IMG/VR virus record: IMGVR_UViG_3300030618_000030 | Length of the DNA: 47,694 bases | Direction: 5' to 3' (one strand) | DNA from: a virus | Shown: positions 1 through 7,942 of the stretch, in pieces | Layout: each line of letters begins with the position of its first letter | Position numbering within the stretch: position 1 is the first letter of the stretch | Position numbers and translations under genes: made by a program | Notes under the pieces: generated by a model | The model's database searches: none | Seen by the model: only the letters and a program-made list of their open reading frames with translations | Told to the model about the DNA's origin: nothing

Positions 1-127
1 CGCGCAAGATTGATCAGTTGATAGGCAACGGAGGTTGGGATGAAACTCGATGAATTGATCCGTTATGACGTAGCACCCGGCACGCTTAGCGAACCGACGC
101 CTAACGGTGCATTCGTCGCGTATGCGC
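1..127. repeat. Terminal direct repeat copy 1. Identical to 47568-47694, so the contig closes into a circle with a unit genome of 47,567 bp.
   Basis: Read directly: both copies spell cgcgcaagattgatcagttgatagg...cgtcgcgtatgcgc with no mismatch over 127 nt. Confidence 0.95.
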
Positions 128-300
128 AAGTTGTATGGTTGATGGCTAAACAGACCGAGACTATCGACGTTTTGCAGCGACGGCTTACGGAACAACAAGA
201 TGCGTCGCGCAAGATCATTGAGAACATGGGTCAACTATTGACTCGCAAAGATGACATGATCGAAGCAGCGGCGAAAGCGTTGGGTTATTTCGAAGATTGA
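40..300 (+). CDS. hypothetical early protein (86 aa)
   Basis: ATG ORF in a co-oriented, tightly packed array. It overlaps the wrap-around ORF 47279-47620 by 14 nt. Confidence 0.6.
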   Translation: MKLDELIRYDVAPGTLSEPTPNGAFVAYAQVVWLMAKQTETIDVLQRRLTEQQDASRKIIENMGQLLTRKDDMIEAAAKALGYFED

Positions 301-325
301 CAAACCGTCAATAGTGAACTATTCT
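297..325 (+). promoter_or_regulatory. sigma70-like promoter P1 (class I spacer motif)
   Basis: TTGACA(297-302), 17-nt spacer AACCGTCAATAGTGaac, TATTCT(320-325). The -35 contains the TGA stop of the upstream ORF. Confidence 0.6.
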
Positions 326-354
326 TGAATCACTAACCAAACGGAGCAAGCGAA

Positions 355-609
355 ATGCCGCGATTCAATAATACCGAGCTAACCCCTGAAACGATTCAGG
401 CTACACGCGAGTGGTTTGCAGCGAATGCTCAGGCATGTATTGATGAGGTAAAATCCGGTGCGGTACATGTGAACGACCGCACCGCTTATTTCGCGTGGCG
501 TGAGCAAATGGCTAAAGATTCGTTGGCCGGACGTAGCGACAATAACCTGACGTTCCTACAACGCGCCTACACGATTCAAACCGGTGACTGTGTAGCGCTG
601 CTACCTTAA
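355..609 (+). CDS. hypothetical early protein (84 aa)
   Basis: ATG ORF with GGAG 9 nt upstream. Followed by a hairpin terminator. Confidence 0.65.
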   Translation: MPRFNNTELTPETIQATREWFAANAQACIDEVKSGAVHVNDRTAYFAWREQMAKDSLAGRSDNNLTFLQRAYTIQTGDCVALLP

Positions 610-631
610 CCAACCGCCCCACTTCGTACCA

Positions 632-656
632 AGCCCGCAACGTTGCGGGCTTTTTA
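632..656 (+). terminator. intrinsic terminator
   Basis: agcccgc-aacgtt-gcgggct hairpin followed by TTTTT. Confidence 0.65.
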
Positions 657-661
657 TTTGC

Positions 662-690
662 TTTACAAACCGTCAATAGTGCCCTAGAAT
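662..690 (+). promoter_or_regulatory. sigma70-like promoter P2 (class I spacer motif)
   Basis: TTTACA(662-667), 17-nt spacer AACCGTCAATAGTGccc, TAGAAT(685-690). Confidence 0.6.
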
Positions 691-719
691 CCAAACCATC
701 AACTAACCGGGGCTATATC

Positions 720-797
720 ATGACAATGTTCGATACCATCAACAGCGTACTTGCCGGGCTTATGATTCTTGCGGTTATTTGGGAGGGGCTGAAATGA
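720..797 (+). CDS. possible 25-aa hydrophobic micropeptide (MTMFDTINSVLAGLMILAVIWEGLK)
   Basis: Hand-translated, below the ORF-track cutoff. It starts about 30 nt after P2, and its TGA overlaps the next ATG (ATGA). Confidence 0.3.
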   Translation: MTMFDTINSVLAGLMILAVIWEGLK

Positions 798-982
798 ATG
801 TAAATGCGCTCGTAGCGCTCTATTGTGATGCGCTCGATCCGACGCCGAATGTGTCAAATGTGAGCACGTTGGCTTGGACACTTATCAAAATGCGCAATAA
901 CGAATTGTTTGTGAGTTTGCCACGTGTGCAAGCGGACGTTTGCCGGCGCATTGCATCCCATTTGATCGCTGGTGACTATTGA
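794..982 (+). CDS. hypothetical protein (62 aa)
   Basis: In-frame ATG at 794 of ORF 779-982. ATGA coupling to the upstream micropeptide. Confidence 0.5.
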   Translation: MNVNALVALYCDALDPTPNVSNVSTLAWTLIKMRNNELFVSLPRVQADVCRRIASHLIAGDY

Positions 983-1218
983 TGGACGCGACCCATTACG
1001 AGTATTTGGACTATCCCAAACACACGCCCCCACTAATCGGACTGTATTTGTGTAAGGTTAGCGCCACGGGTGGTTATTGCTACATGTGGCGCGAATGGAC
1101 CGGCGAGTATTTCAATTTTGGACCGGAACATACGCTGTGCGTTTTGTCTTGGGCGCATTACCCGGATATCGCGGGCGACTGTGAGAATGCATTAGCTAGG
1201 GCAAGGTGCGCAAAATGA
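982..1218 (+). CDS. hypothetical protein (78 aa)
   Basis: ATG at 982 overlaps the upstream TGA (TGATG). The track start at 979 is TTG. Confidence 0.55.
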   Translation: MDATHYEYLDYPKHTPPLIGLYLCKVSATGGYCYMWREWTGEYFNFGPEHTLCVLSWAHYPDIAGDCENALARARCAK

Positions 1219-1385
1219 TATACATCCACAACTATTGGAATTTAGGGCGCTCGATAATGGTTCATGATTGGATCATTGACGACTTTGGTAATGTGATTCA
1301 CTTTTTGCAAGACGATGGTGCATCGTCTGAGGCTTGGATTGCGGCGTGTCGCTTTCTTGACGAAGCGGAACTAGGGGTACATTGA
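1215..1385 (+). CDS. hypothetical protein (56 aa, MIYIHNYWNLGRS...)
   Basis: Hand-translated. ATGA overlap with the upstream stop, and it ends 1 nt before the next ATG. Confidence 0.45.
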   Translation: MIYIHNYWNLGRSIMVHDWIIDDFGNVIHFLQDDGASSEAWIAACRFLDEAELGVH

Positions 1386-1386
1386 A

Positions 1387-1584
1387 ATGAGGGTCTACCT
1401 AGAGGTCAATTTTGCTGAGGACGTAACGCCTGTTGAAATGGCGTTTGGTTTGCAGGGTGCGACAAACAAAGCGTTCGACTACATTCGCGCAACACCGCAC
1501 GACGTGTTGCGCGTTGAAGACCCGGCCGATTTGAAATACAGTGTGCCGCCCGTAACTAGCGCATGGTTAAGGCGTATGTCATGA
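1387..1584 (+). CDS. hypothetical protein (65 aa)
   Basis: ATG ORF in the packed co-oriented array. Confidence 0.55.
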   Translation: MRVYLEVNFAEDVTPVEMAFGLQGATNKAFDYIRATPHDVLRVEDPADLKYSVPPVTSAWLRRMS

Positions 1585-1742
1585 ACGCCCGCCAACGTCG
1601 CAAGCATCGCCGGGCACAACCACGCATCAAGTGGCGCGACTACGTAGAGGTCAAATGCGGGCCGTTGACTATAGCGCCCGCACCCTGGAAACTTAACCCA
1701 ATGTTTCTCTTTCCAAAGGTGTTGCGCGATGTTGGACCATAA
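1581..1742 (+). CDS. hypothetical basic protein (53 aa, MNARQRRKHRRAQPRIKW...)
   Basis: Hand-translated. ATGA overlap with the upstream stop. Confidence 0.4.
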   Translation: MNARQRRKHRRAQPRIKWRDYVEVKCGPLTIAPAPWKLNPMFLFPKVLRDVGP

Positions 1743-1950
1743 CCACAGCGGTATGTCGTTAAATCGACTTATTGAGCATCACAGCAAAACGTCGGATGTA
1801 TGGTTAAAACTTGCGAAACGCATAGTCCCGGACACGGTACATCTTGTTGCGCGTAGGGAGCGATATTTCGAGAAAGCCGAATTTCATGCTAGTGCAGTAC
1901 ATCTGCTACAAATGCTTAGGGCCGAATTTAGTTTGCAAAACCGTCAATAG
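1729..1950 (+). CDS. hypothetical protein (73 aa)
   Basis: ATG ORF. Its TAG stop lies inside the conserved CAATAG of promoter P3. Confidence 0.5.
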   Translation: MLDHNHSGMSLNRLIEHHSKTSDVWLKLAKRIVPDTVHLVARRERYFEKAEFHASAVHLLQMLRAEFSLQNRQ

Positions 1951-1961
1951 TGATTTATAGT
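1933..1961 (+). promoter_or_regulatory. sigma70-like promoter P3 (class I spacer motif)
   Basis: TTGCAA(1933-1938), 17-nt spacer AACCGTCAATAGTGatt, TATAGT(1956-1961). Confidence 0.7.
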
Positions 1962-1993
1962 CTGATGCACAAACCCAAACTTTGGATGACAAA

Positions 1994-2701
1994 ATGAAAA
2001 CTTGGATCAGTGACGAAAACGGCAATCGTTGTTCCGTTGAATATTTTGGTAGCGAAGAGGCGGCGAAAGCAGCATTAGCAAGTTTAGTAAACTGCTCGTA
2101 CTGCTCGGACTGCTCGGACTGCTCGTACTGCTCGTACTGCTCGGACTGCTCGCGCTGCTCGTACTGCTCGAACTGCTCGCGCTGCTCGCGCTGCTCGTAC
2201 TGCTCGGACTGCTCGTACTGCTCGGACTGCTCGCGCTGCTCGTACTGCTCGTACTGCTCGGACTGCTCGTACTGCTCGCGCTGCTCGTACTGCTCGAACT
2301 GCTCGTACTGCTCGCGCTGCTCGTACTGCTCGCGCTGCTCGTACTGCTCGGACTGCTCGGACTGCTCGCGCTGCAAAAATAAGCACGTGCCTGTTGTCGA
2401 TTCGAAAGTACCAACCGTGCCGATAATTCCCGACATCCATAAGCGCATTTATGAACGTGTGTCGCAACCCAGTGCACTCGACATGGGCACTTGGCATACT
2501 TGCGAAACGACGCATTGTCGGGCCGGATGGGTTGTACATGAGGCAGGCGAAGCGGGCTATGCACTTGAGAAGTTTTTCAATACGGAACTGGCGGCAATGC
2601 TGATATATCGTGAAAGCGGCTATCAGATTAACCCGGCGCGGTTCTTTGATGGCGCCGACGAAGCAATGGCCGATATGAAAGCATTGGCCGACGTCCAGTA
2701 A
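1994..2701 (+). CDS. Cys-Ser-X tripeptide-repeat protein (235 aa): 33-aa N-terminal segment, (C-S-[YDRN])x31, about 110-aa C-terminal domain
   Basis: ATG at 1994 (track start 1982 is TTG). Bracketed by promoter P3 and terminator 2729-2756, and co-oriented with all neighbours. The C-terminal part is non-repetitive (…GTWHTCETTHCRAGWVVHEAG…). Confidence 0.75.
   Translation: MKTWISDENGNRCSVEYFGSEEAAKAALASLVNCSYCSDCSDCSYCSYCSDCSRCSYCSNCSRCSRCSYCSDCSYCSDCSRCSYCSYCSDCSYCSRCSYCSNCSYCSRCSYCSRCSYCSDCSDCSRCKNKHVPVVDSKVPTVPIIPDIHKRIYERVSQPSALDMGTWHTCETTHCRAGWVVHEAGEAGYALEKFFNTELAAMLIYRESGYQINPARFFDGADEAMADMKALADVQ
2093..2374 (+). repeat. 31 in-phase tandem copies of the 9-bp unit TGCTCGNNC, plus a final TGC
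   Basis: Counted by hand. The variable dinucleotide is TA x13, GA x8, CG x8, AA x2, and every other base is invariant. Confidence 0.95.
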
Positions 2702-2728
2702 GCCCACAACACCCCGCGTAGTACCATA

Positions 2729-2756
2729 AGGCCAGATTCCACATCTGGCCTTTTTC
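2729..2756 (+). terminator. intrinsic terminator abutting the TerL start codon
   Basis: aggccagat-tccac-atctggcct hairpin followed by TTTTT. The TerL ATG follows at 2757. Confidence 0.7.
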
Positions 2757-4376
2757 ATGCCCTACCCGTACGAACACGACTTTAAAAACCCCGATTACCC
2801 GCGTGTATTTCAGTGGCGCATCGATAAGTTGACCGCTATCCGCGCCGATCCGCAGTTAGCGGCGATGCTGCGCACGCACTACGCGGCGAACCCTATCGAC
2901 TTTATCGAAGACTGGGGAACTACGTTCGACCCACGTAACGTCGGTACGTCACAGCCAGCATTGCTACCGTTAATACTGTTCCCGCGGCAACGCGAGTTTC
3001 TTCAATGGGTGCTTGATCGGTGGAAAGCCGAAGAGTTCGCGCTATCGGACAAATCGCGAGATATGGGCCTATCTTGGATGATGGTGTCATTGTTTAGCGC
3101 ACTGGCGTTATTCAACGACGGTTTCACGGCCGGCTTCGGATCGCGTAAGGAAATCCTAGTTGATCGAGCGGGCGACCCGGATTGTCTGTTTTTCAAAATA
3201 CGCATGTTCTTATCGAATGTGCCCAAGGAATTCCGCGGCGATTGGAAAGTTGGCGGACGTGATTGCGATAAGCATATGTTGATCACCATTCCGCAAACAG
3301 GCGCAATTATCCGCGGCGAGGCGGGCGACAATATTGGTCGCGGTGGGCGCGCATCAATGTACTGTCGTGACGAAGCGGCATTTATCGAACGGCCGCATTT
3401 GAGCGACGCGGCACTATCGCAAAACACGCGCTGTTTGATCGATATCAGTTCGGTCAATGGTCTAGATAACCCATTTGCCGACAAGCGGCACTCGTGGCCC
3501 GCACATCGCGTATTTACGTTCTCGTGGCGCGACGACCCGCGCAAGGATGAAATTTGGTACGCGAAGCAAAAAGAGAATTTGAATCCAATCATCGTTGCAC
3601 AGGAAATTGACCTTGATTACAGCGCGTCTAAGTCTGGTGTGGTCATACCGTCCGCATGGGTCCAATCGGCCATTGGCGCCGCCCGTAAGCTCGGTATTAC
3701 CGTCACTGGTGCTAAAAAGTCCGCGCTCGATGTGGCCGACGAAGGTGTTGATTTGAATTCGTGGGGCGGTCGATACGGCATCGAGTTGCGTCACGTTGAT
3801 TCGTGGTCAGGCCAGGGTAAAACGATTTTTTGGACCACGGAGCAAACGTTTCTACGTTGCGACCAGTTCGGTTATGACAATTGCAAATACGATTCGGACG
3901 GTCTAGGCGTCGGCGTACGTGGTGACGCGGCCCAAATTAACAGCCGACCCGACCGTACCAATGCACAGCGTAAATTCGAGCCTTATAGGGGTTCCGGCGC
4001 CGTAGTGAACAAAGATAAACTCGTGATACGTGGTGATGACCGCGGCGTGGGGGCGCGCAAGAATGAGGATTTCTTTAAGAACCTCAAAGCGCAAGCGTGG
4101 TGGTCATTACGCGACCGATTCGAGCGTACGCATCGGGCCGTGGAAGACGGTGCCATATTCGACCCGGAAACGCTTATCAGCATTAGTGAAGACATACCGG
4201 GTGCGCAACGCAACAGGATTGCCGCGCAATTGTCGCAAGCGACGTACGACATTAACGATGCGGGCAAGATGATTATCGACAAGACCCCGGACGGTCAACG
4301 CTCACCAAACGACGCCGACATGATAGTGATCCTATACGCGCCGGAAGAAAAGAAATCATCGCTGTTTTCCCGTTGA
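2757..4376 (+). CDS. terL: terminase large subunit
   Basis: 539 aa. Has a KSRDMGLS-type ATPase loop typical of Terminase_6-like TerL, with acidic nuclease-half motifs. It lies upstream of the portal gene. Confidence 0.88.
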   Translation: MPYPYEHDFKNPDYPRVFQWRIDKLTAIRADPQLAAMLRTHYAANPIDFIEDWGTTFDPRNVGTSQPALLPLILFPRQREFLQWVLDRWKAEEFALSDKSRDMGLSWMMVSLFSALALFNDGFTAGFGSRKEILVDRAGDPDCLFFKIRMFLSNVPKEFRGDWKVGGRDCDKHMLITIPQTGAIIRGEAGDNIGRGGRASMYCRDEAAFIERPHLSDAALSQNTRCLIDISSVNGLDNPFADKRHSWPAHRVFTFSWRDDPRKDEIWYAKQKENLNPIIVAQEIDLDYSASKSGVVIPSAWVQSAIGAARKLGITVTGAKKSALDVADEGVDLNSWGGRYGIELRHVDSWSGQGKTIFWTTEQTFLRCDQFGYDNCKYDSDGLGVGVRGDAAQINSRPDRTNAQRKFEPYRGSGAVVNKDKLVIRGDDRGVGARKNEDFFKNLKAQAWWSLRDRFERTHRAVEDGAIFDPETLISISEDIPGAQRNRIAAQLSQATYDINDAGKMIIDKTPDGQRSPNDADMIVILYAPEEKKSSLFSR

Positions 4377-4401
4377 CAGACCGTTATTAACGGTTCAAAC
4401 T
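4373..4401 (+). promoter_or_regulatory. promoter P4 with a perfect 15-bp palindromic operator in the spacer (class II)
   Basis: TTGACA(4373-4378, contains the TerL TGA), spacer gACCGTTATTAACGGTt (palindrome 4380-4394), weak -10 CAAACT(4396-4401). Confidence 0.5.
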
Positions 4402-4432
4402 TTGGCCGTACTGTCAACTTGGAGATAGAACG

Positions 4433-4606
4433 ATGAACATGATAGTTGTTGCAATACTCGTAGTTGGTACGACGCTATCAGTACAAAAAGCGTTACAAGG
4501 AAAAGGTGCCGATTTGGGAACATGGATCGTTGGTTACATATGCGAAGGTGGTTTGATGCTTGCGCTAACGGTCGCAGTTAGTTGGGTGTTCAGGAGCATC
4601 CAATGA
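4433..4606 (+). CDS. small membrane protein (57 aa, two hydrophobic segments)
   Basis: Hand-translated MNMIVVAILVVGTTLSV...LMLALTVAVSWVF. GGAG RBS at 4421. ATGA overlap with the next gene. Confidence 0.5.
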   Translation: MNMIVVAILVVGTTLSVQKALQGKGADLGTWIVGYICEGGLMLALTVAVSWVFRSIQ

Positions 4607-4779
4607 CACATTGGCCCGTCTGGTTGGTGCTGGTTCTACCGGGCATAGATTACATATCGGCAATCATTATGCACAAGCGTCCACAACCGTTGTATTCAAT
4701 GCAACGTGCCACGATTCGCGCCGTGTTGTGGATAATCGTATTTATAAACTGTGGCATTTTTGACGGGGGTTTCAAATGA
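4603..4779 (+). CDS. small membrane protein (58 aa, two hydrophobic segments)
   Basis: In-frame ATG at 4603 with GGAG 6 nt upstream. ATGA overlaps on both sides. Confidence 0.55.
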   Translation: MTHWPVWLVLVLPGIDYISAIIMHKRPQPLYSMQRATIRAVLWIIVFINCGIFDGGFK

Positions 4780-5105
4780 CGCAGGCTGATATCGCTCGCA
4801 TGATAAAATTGTGCGGTGTGCCGCGTTCCCGCACGGTTGAAGTGCTTTACCCGAACCCATGCGTAACGATCTATACAGACGATTGTTATTGGTTGCTTGT
4901 GATCGCTGTTGCCCGCGAAATGTCACAACCTGGGCAACTAATACAAGTTGAAGCGTTGGGCCACGCTCGTGACGTCAAGCCCGGCGAGCATGTGTTTTAC
5001 AAAGTGTCAACAATTGGGCCACGGTTTGCGTATCAAAGTCTTGATGACAAACAGCGCCGCAACATGCGCAACCGTCAAACTACCATCGATATACATGTTG
5101 CGTAA
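4776..5105 (+). CDS. hypothetical protein (109 aa)
   Basis: ATG ORF, translationally coupled to the two membrane ORFs. Confidence 0.6.
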   Translation: MTQADIARMIKLCGVPRSRTVEVLYPNPCVTIYTDDCYWLLVIAVAREMSQPGQLIQVEALGHARDVKPGEHVFYKVSTIGPRFAYQSLDDKQRRNMRNRQTTIDIHVA

Positions 5106-5113
5106 TAGCTACA

Positions 5114-5149
5114 ACCGTCAATAGTAGTTGCTGACCCCTTATTGACGGT
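5114..5149. promoter_or_regulatory. inverted pair of operator half-sites (ACCGTCAATA ... TATTGACGGT)
   Basis: 5114-5123 and 5140-5149 are reverse complements. With flanking bases they form an 11-bp stem with a 16-nt loop. Confidence 0.6.
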
Positions 5150-5156
5150 TTAAAAT
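5128..5156 (+). promoter_or_regulatory. candidate promoter P5
   Basis: TTGCTG(5128-5133), 17-nt spacer ending in the inverted half-site TATTGACGGTT, TAAAAT(5151-5156). Confidence 0.45.
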
Positions 5157-5181
5157 ACCATAACTTTTGTCGGGGGATAAA

Positions 5182-5388
5182 GTGGAAAAATGGATGCCCG
5201 GTTTTATCATTGAGAATGACAACGTGGCACGTGAGCCGTTAGGACCGAACGAAAAACGAATTGCCGCTTGGATCGCTTTGAAGTTTCGCCTCATTTTGCA
5301 CCGTCGTTATGCGCCGCGGCCTGACACATGGCCGCGTGACGAAAACCCGAACTGTCGCTGTTTCGTAAGACCCATAATCCCGGATTAG
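5182..5388 (+). CDS. hypothetical protein (68 aa) ending in an N-C-R-C-x-V-R-P motif
   Basis: GTG at 5182 with GGGGGA 4 nt upstream (track start 5167 is TTG; an ATG at 5194 is also possible). Confidence 0.45.
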   Translation: MEKWMPGFIIENDNVAREPLGPNEKRIAAWIALKFRLILHRRYAPRPDTWPRDENPNCRCFVRPIIPD

Positions 5389-5396
5389 TTGGACCC

Positions 5397-5430
5397 AACG
5401 CCCCAAGCTGTAAAATGGGGCGTTTCTTAT
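5397..5430 (+). terminator. hairpin/attenuator just upstream of the portal gene
   Basis: aacgcccca-(10 nt)-tggggcgtt followed by TTCTTATT. Confidence 0.45.
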
Positions 5431-5443
5431 TATGGGGTCCATC

Positions 5444-7066
5444 ATGCTCACATGGCTACGCAAACGGCTTGGACAAGAGCCGACCGAAAGTATCGAAAAC
5501 GAAAAAGTATTAAAAGGTTCGATGTTCTCGACGCATCGGACGGATTCATTGAGCCGCGGCAAACTGTCAAAAATGACGGTTCAATTGCATGAGGTATGGA
5601 CCAACTACACCCGCGCTTGGGCGCCCCGTCCGCAGTTGCCCGATGGCACGATGGACGATAGCGGCGACGGTTGGAACAGCATCAAGTCGGCCTATACGTT
5701 CGGTCAACCCAATATGTCGGACGCACTATTTCAGTGGTTCGGTACGCAATCATTTATTGGACACCAAGCCTGTGCGATTTTGTCGCAACATTGGATGATT
5801 GACAAAATATGCACAACCCCCGCACGCGATGCAATCCGACAAGGATACGAAATCGTCAATGAAGTGGGCGAAGAAAAACTCACAGAAGACGTGCAAGCGG
5901 CGTACGCCAAGTACGACAAGCTATTTAAAATCGATGCACATTTGCTCGAATTCGTACGCATGGGCCGAATCTTTGGCATCCGTGTTGCAATCCCGCGCAT
6001 CGAATCGCCCGACAAAGACTATTACGAAAAGCCGTTCAACCCGGACGGCGTACGCCGCGGCTCGTTTAAAGGTTGGACCCAAGTTGACCCGTATTGGATG
6101 GCGCCGATTTTGTCGGCCGAAGCATCGGCACAACCTGACGCGCCCGACTTTTACGAACCTACGTGGTGGTTGATCAATGGTAAAAAATATCATCGCTCAC
6201 ATCTGTGCATTTTCCGCACCGCGCAACCGCCTGACTTGCTGAAGCCGTCGTACCTATACAGCGGCGTGCCGATTCCACAGAAGATTATGGAACGCGTGTA
6301 TGCCGCGGAACGCACGGGCAACGAAGCGCCGTTGTTGGCACTGACGAAGCGCCTCTACACGTTGAAGCTCGACAGCATCGAAGACGCAATGGCGAATAAG
6401 CAAGACTTCGATGATTCAATGGCGTTCACCATTGATACACGCGATAACTACGGCGTGCGCATCATGGGCAAAGACGACGAAATGAGTCAGTTCGACACGT
6501 CGCTTGCCGATCTCGCGAACGTGATCGATACGCAATATGCGTTGGCGTGCGCGGCCGGCGACACGCCAGTAAATAAGATCATGGGTACTGCTGCGGCTGG
6601 CCTGGGTGGTAGTGCTGGCGACTATGACGAATCGAGTTATCACGAAACGCTTGAGTCTATCCAGACGCACGAATTGACGCCGTTTCTCGAACGTAATCAT
6701 TTGCTAGTGAAAATGTCGTACATAGTTCCTGAATTCGGTGCGGTCGACGGGGGCGCTAATACGACAGTATCGTGGAACCCGTTAGACTCGCCCACGGCGA
6801 AGGAATATAGCGAAATCAATTTGAACAATGCAAACGCTGATTTGGCGCTTGTCCAAACTGGCGCGGTCGATGACGTTGCCGTGAACGCTCGGTTGCGCAA
6901 TGACAAAAATAGCGGCTACTCGACGCTCAAGCCGTTGATTGTGTCAAACGAGCCGACCGACGAAGTGACACCTAACAACGCAGCGCCGCAGGGTGCGGGT
7001 CAAGAATCGCCGGAAAATAAGGCGTCGGCTAATTCGGCCGGTGTGAGTGCTCGCAGTGGCGCATAA
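5444..7066 (+). CDS. portal protein
   Basis: About 540 aa, lying between TerL and the Mu-F-like gene. The ATG at 5444 has GGGG 6 nt upstream; ATG 5432 is an alternative. Confidence 0.8.
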   Translation: MLTWLRKRLGQEPTESIENEKVLKGSMFSTHRTDSLSRGKLSKMTVQLHEVWTNYTRAWAPRPQLPDGTMDDSGDGWNSIKSAYTFGQPNMSDALFQWFGTQSFIGHQACAILSQHWMIDKICTTPARDAIRQGYEIVNEVGEEKLTEDVQAAYAKYDKLFKIDAHLLEFVRMGRIFGIRVAIPRIESPDKDYYEKPFNPDGVRRGSFKGWTQVDPYWMAPILSAEASAQPDAPDFYEPTWWLINGKKYHRSHLCIFRTAQPPDLLKPSYLYSGVPIPQKIMERVYAAERTGNEAPLLALTKRLYTLKLDSIEDAMANKQDFDDSMAFTIDTRDNYGVRIMGKDDEMSQFDTSLADLANVIDTQYALACAAGDTPVNKIMGTAAAGLGGSAGDYDESSYHETLESIQTHELTPFLERNHLLVKMSYIVPEFGAVDGGANTTVSWNPLDSPTAKEYSEINLNNANADLALVQTGAVDDVAVNARLRNDKNSGYSTLKPLIVSNEPTDEVTPNNAAPQGAGQESPENKASANSAGVSARSGA

Positions 7067-7940
7067 GCAATTACGGATTGTCGGCAAAAAGGCGGCGTGG
7101 GCCGCGCAATTCAAACCTGACGCGTTACGCGGCAAACCGCTAATTGTGGCTGGTGCGATTGCCACGCGTTATTTCGGTACGCTCGAAACGTACATTGCCC
7201 GAATGGAACGTGAGGTGCGGCGCGAAGTGGAAGCGCTCTATTCGGCGTTTGCTGGCGACTCGGTGGCCTGGGCAATGGACGCCAGCATTGCAAGTCAAGC
7301 GCGCATTTTGTCCAACGGCATGCGCGATAAATTTGCCGCGCTGTTTGCCAAGATCGCATTGCCAACCGCGCAGGCGATGACACAACAGGTTGATAAAGAC
7401 AGTTCCAAAAAGCTAGGGATATCGCTTAAGGAAATGTCAGGTCAGTTGACACTCAAGACCGACGTATTGAACGACAGCTTGCGCGATGTACTCGTATCAA
7501 CGGTTGTTGAAAATGTGGGACTCATTAAGCGTATTCCTGAAAAGTATCTCGACAACGTAACGGGCGCTGTTATGCGCTCGATCCAAACCGGCAATGGTCT
7601 AGCCGATCTAACACCGCAGTTGGACCAGTACGGCGTTACGGTGCGCAACTGGGCAAAGAATGTTGCGTTGGACCAGACGCGCAAAGCGTACAACGGCATT
7701 AACCGCGGCCGGATGGAAGCGTTGGGTGTGACTGAGTTTGAATGGGTACACAGTGGGGGCAGCAATCACCCCCGTGCATATCACCGTGATGTGTTGAACG
7801 GTAAAATATTCTCTTTTGACGACTTGCCACATTTGGACGGTCCCGGACTTGGCGAGCGAGGCATACCCGGACAGGCGCCGTACTGTCGGTGTACCATGCG
7901 GCCGATATTCCGTTTCGATAACGATGAAAAGGTAATCTAA
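7047..7940 (+). CDS. head morphogenesis protein (SPP1 gp7 / Mu F-like)
   Basis: C-terminal PYCRCTMRPIF motif characteristic of the Mu-F family. It sits right after the portal gene, with a GTG start overlapping the portal end. Confidence 0.75.
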   Translation: MLAVAHKQLRIVGKKAAWAAQFKPDALRGKPLIVAGAIATRYFGTLETYIARMEREVRREVEALYSAFAGDSVAWAMDASIASQARILSNGMRDKFAALFAKIALPTAQAMTQQVDKDSSKKLGISLKEMSGQLTLKTDVLNDSLRDVLVSTVVENVGLIKRIPEKYLDNVTGAVMRSIQTGNGLADLTPQLDQYGVTVRNWAKNVALDQTRKAYNGINRGRMEALGVTEFEWVHSGGSNHPRAYHRDVLNGKIFSFDDLPHLDGPGLGERGIPGQAPYCRCTMRPIFRFDNDEKVI

Positions 7941-7942
7941 TC

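Noticed and set aside
2093-2374. Diversity-generating retroelement (DGR)-style variation, because the variable codon is always NNC (TAC, GAC, CGC, AAC), as if derived from an AAC template.
   Set aside because: There is no reverse transcriptase ORF and no template repeat elsewhere in the genome. Only 4 of 16 possible NNC codons occur, in a pattern consistent with block duplication rather than adenine mutagenesis.
2093-2374. CRISPR array or iteron-type origin.
   Set aside because: The repeats are contiguous 9-mers with no spacers, so this is not CRISPR. The array lies inside a well-supported coding frame with invariant codon phase. A DNA-level role cannot be excluded, but nothing supports one.
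1906-2758. Three long minus-strand ORFs across the 9-bp repeat: 1906-2448 (EQYEQREQ…), 2007-2564 (SSTSSASS…) and 2084-2758 (RAVRAARAV…).
   Set aside because: The 9-mer and its variants contain no stop triplet in any of the six frames, so open frames here are automatic. Only the + frame has a promoter, a terminator, non-repetitive flanking domains and the orientation of its neighbours.
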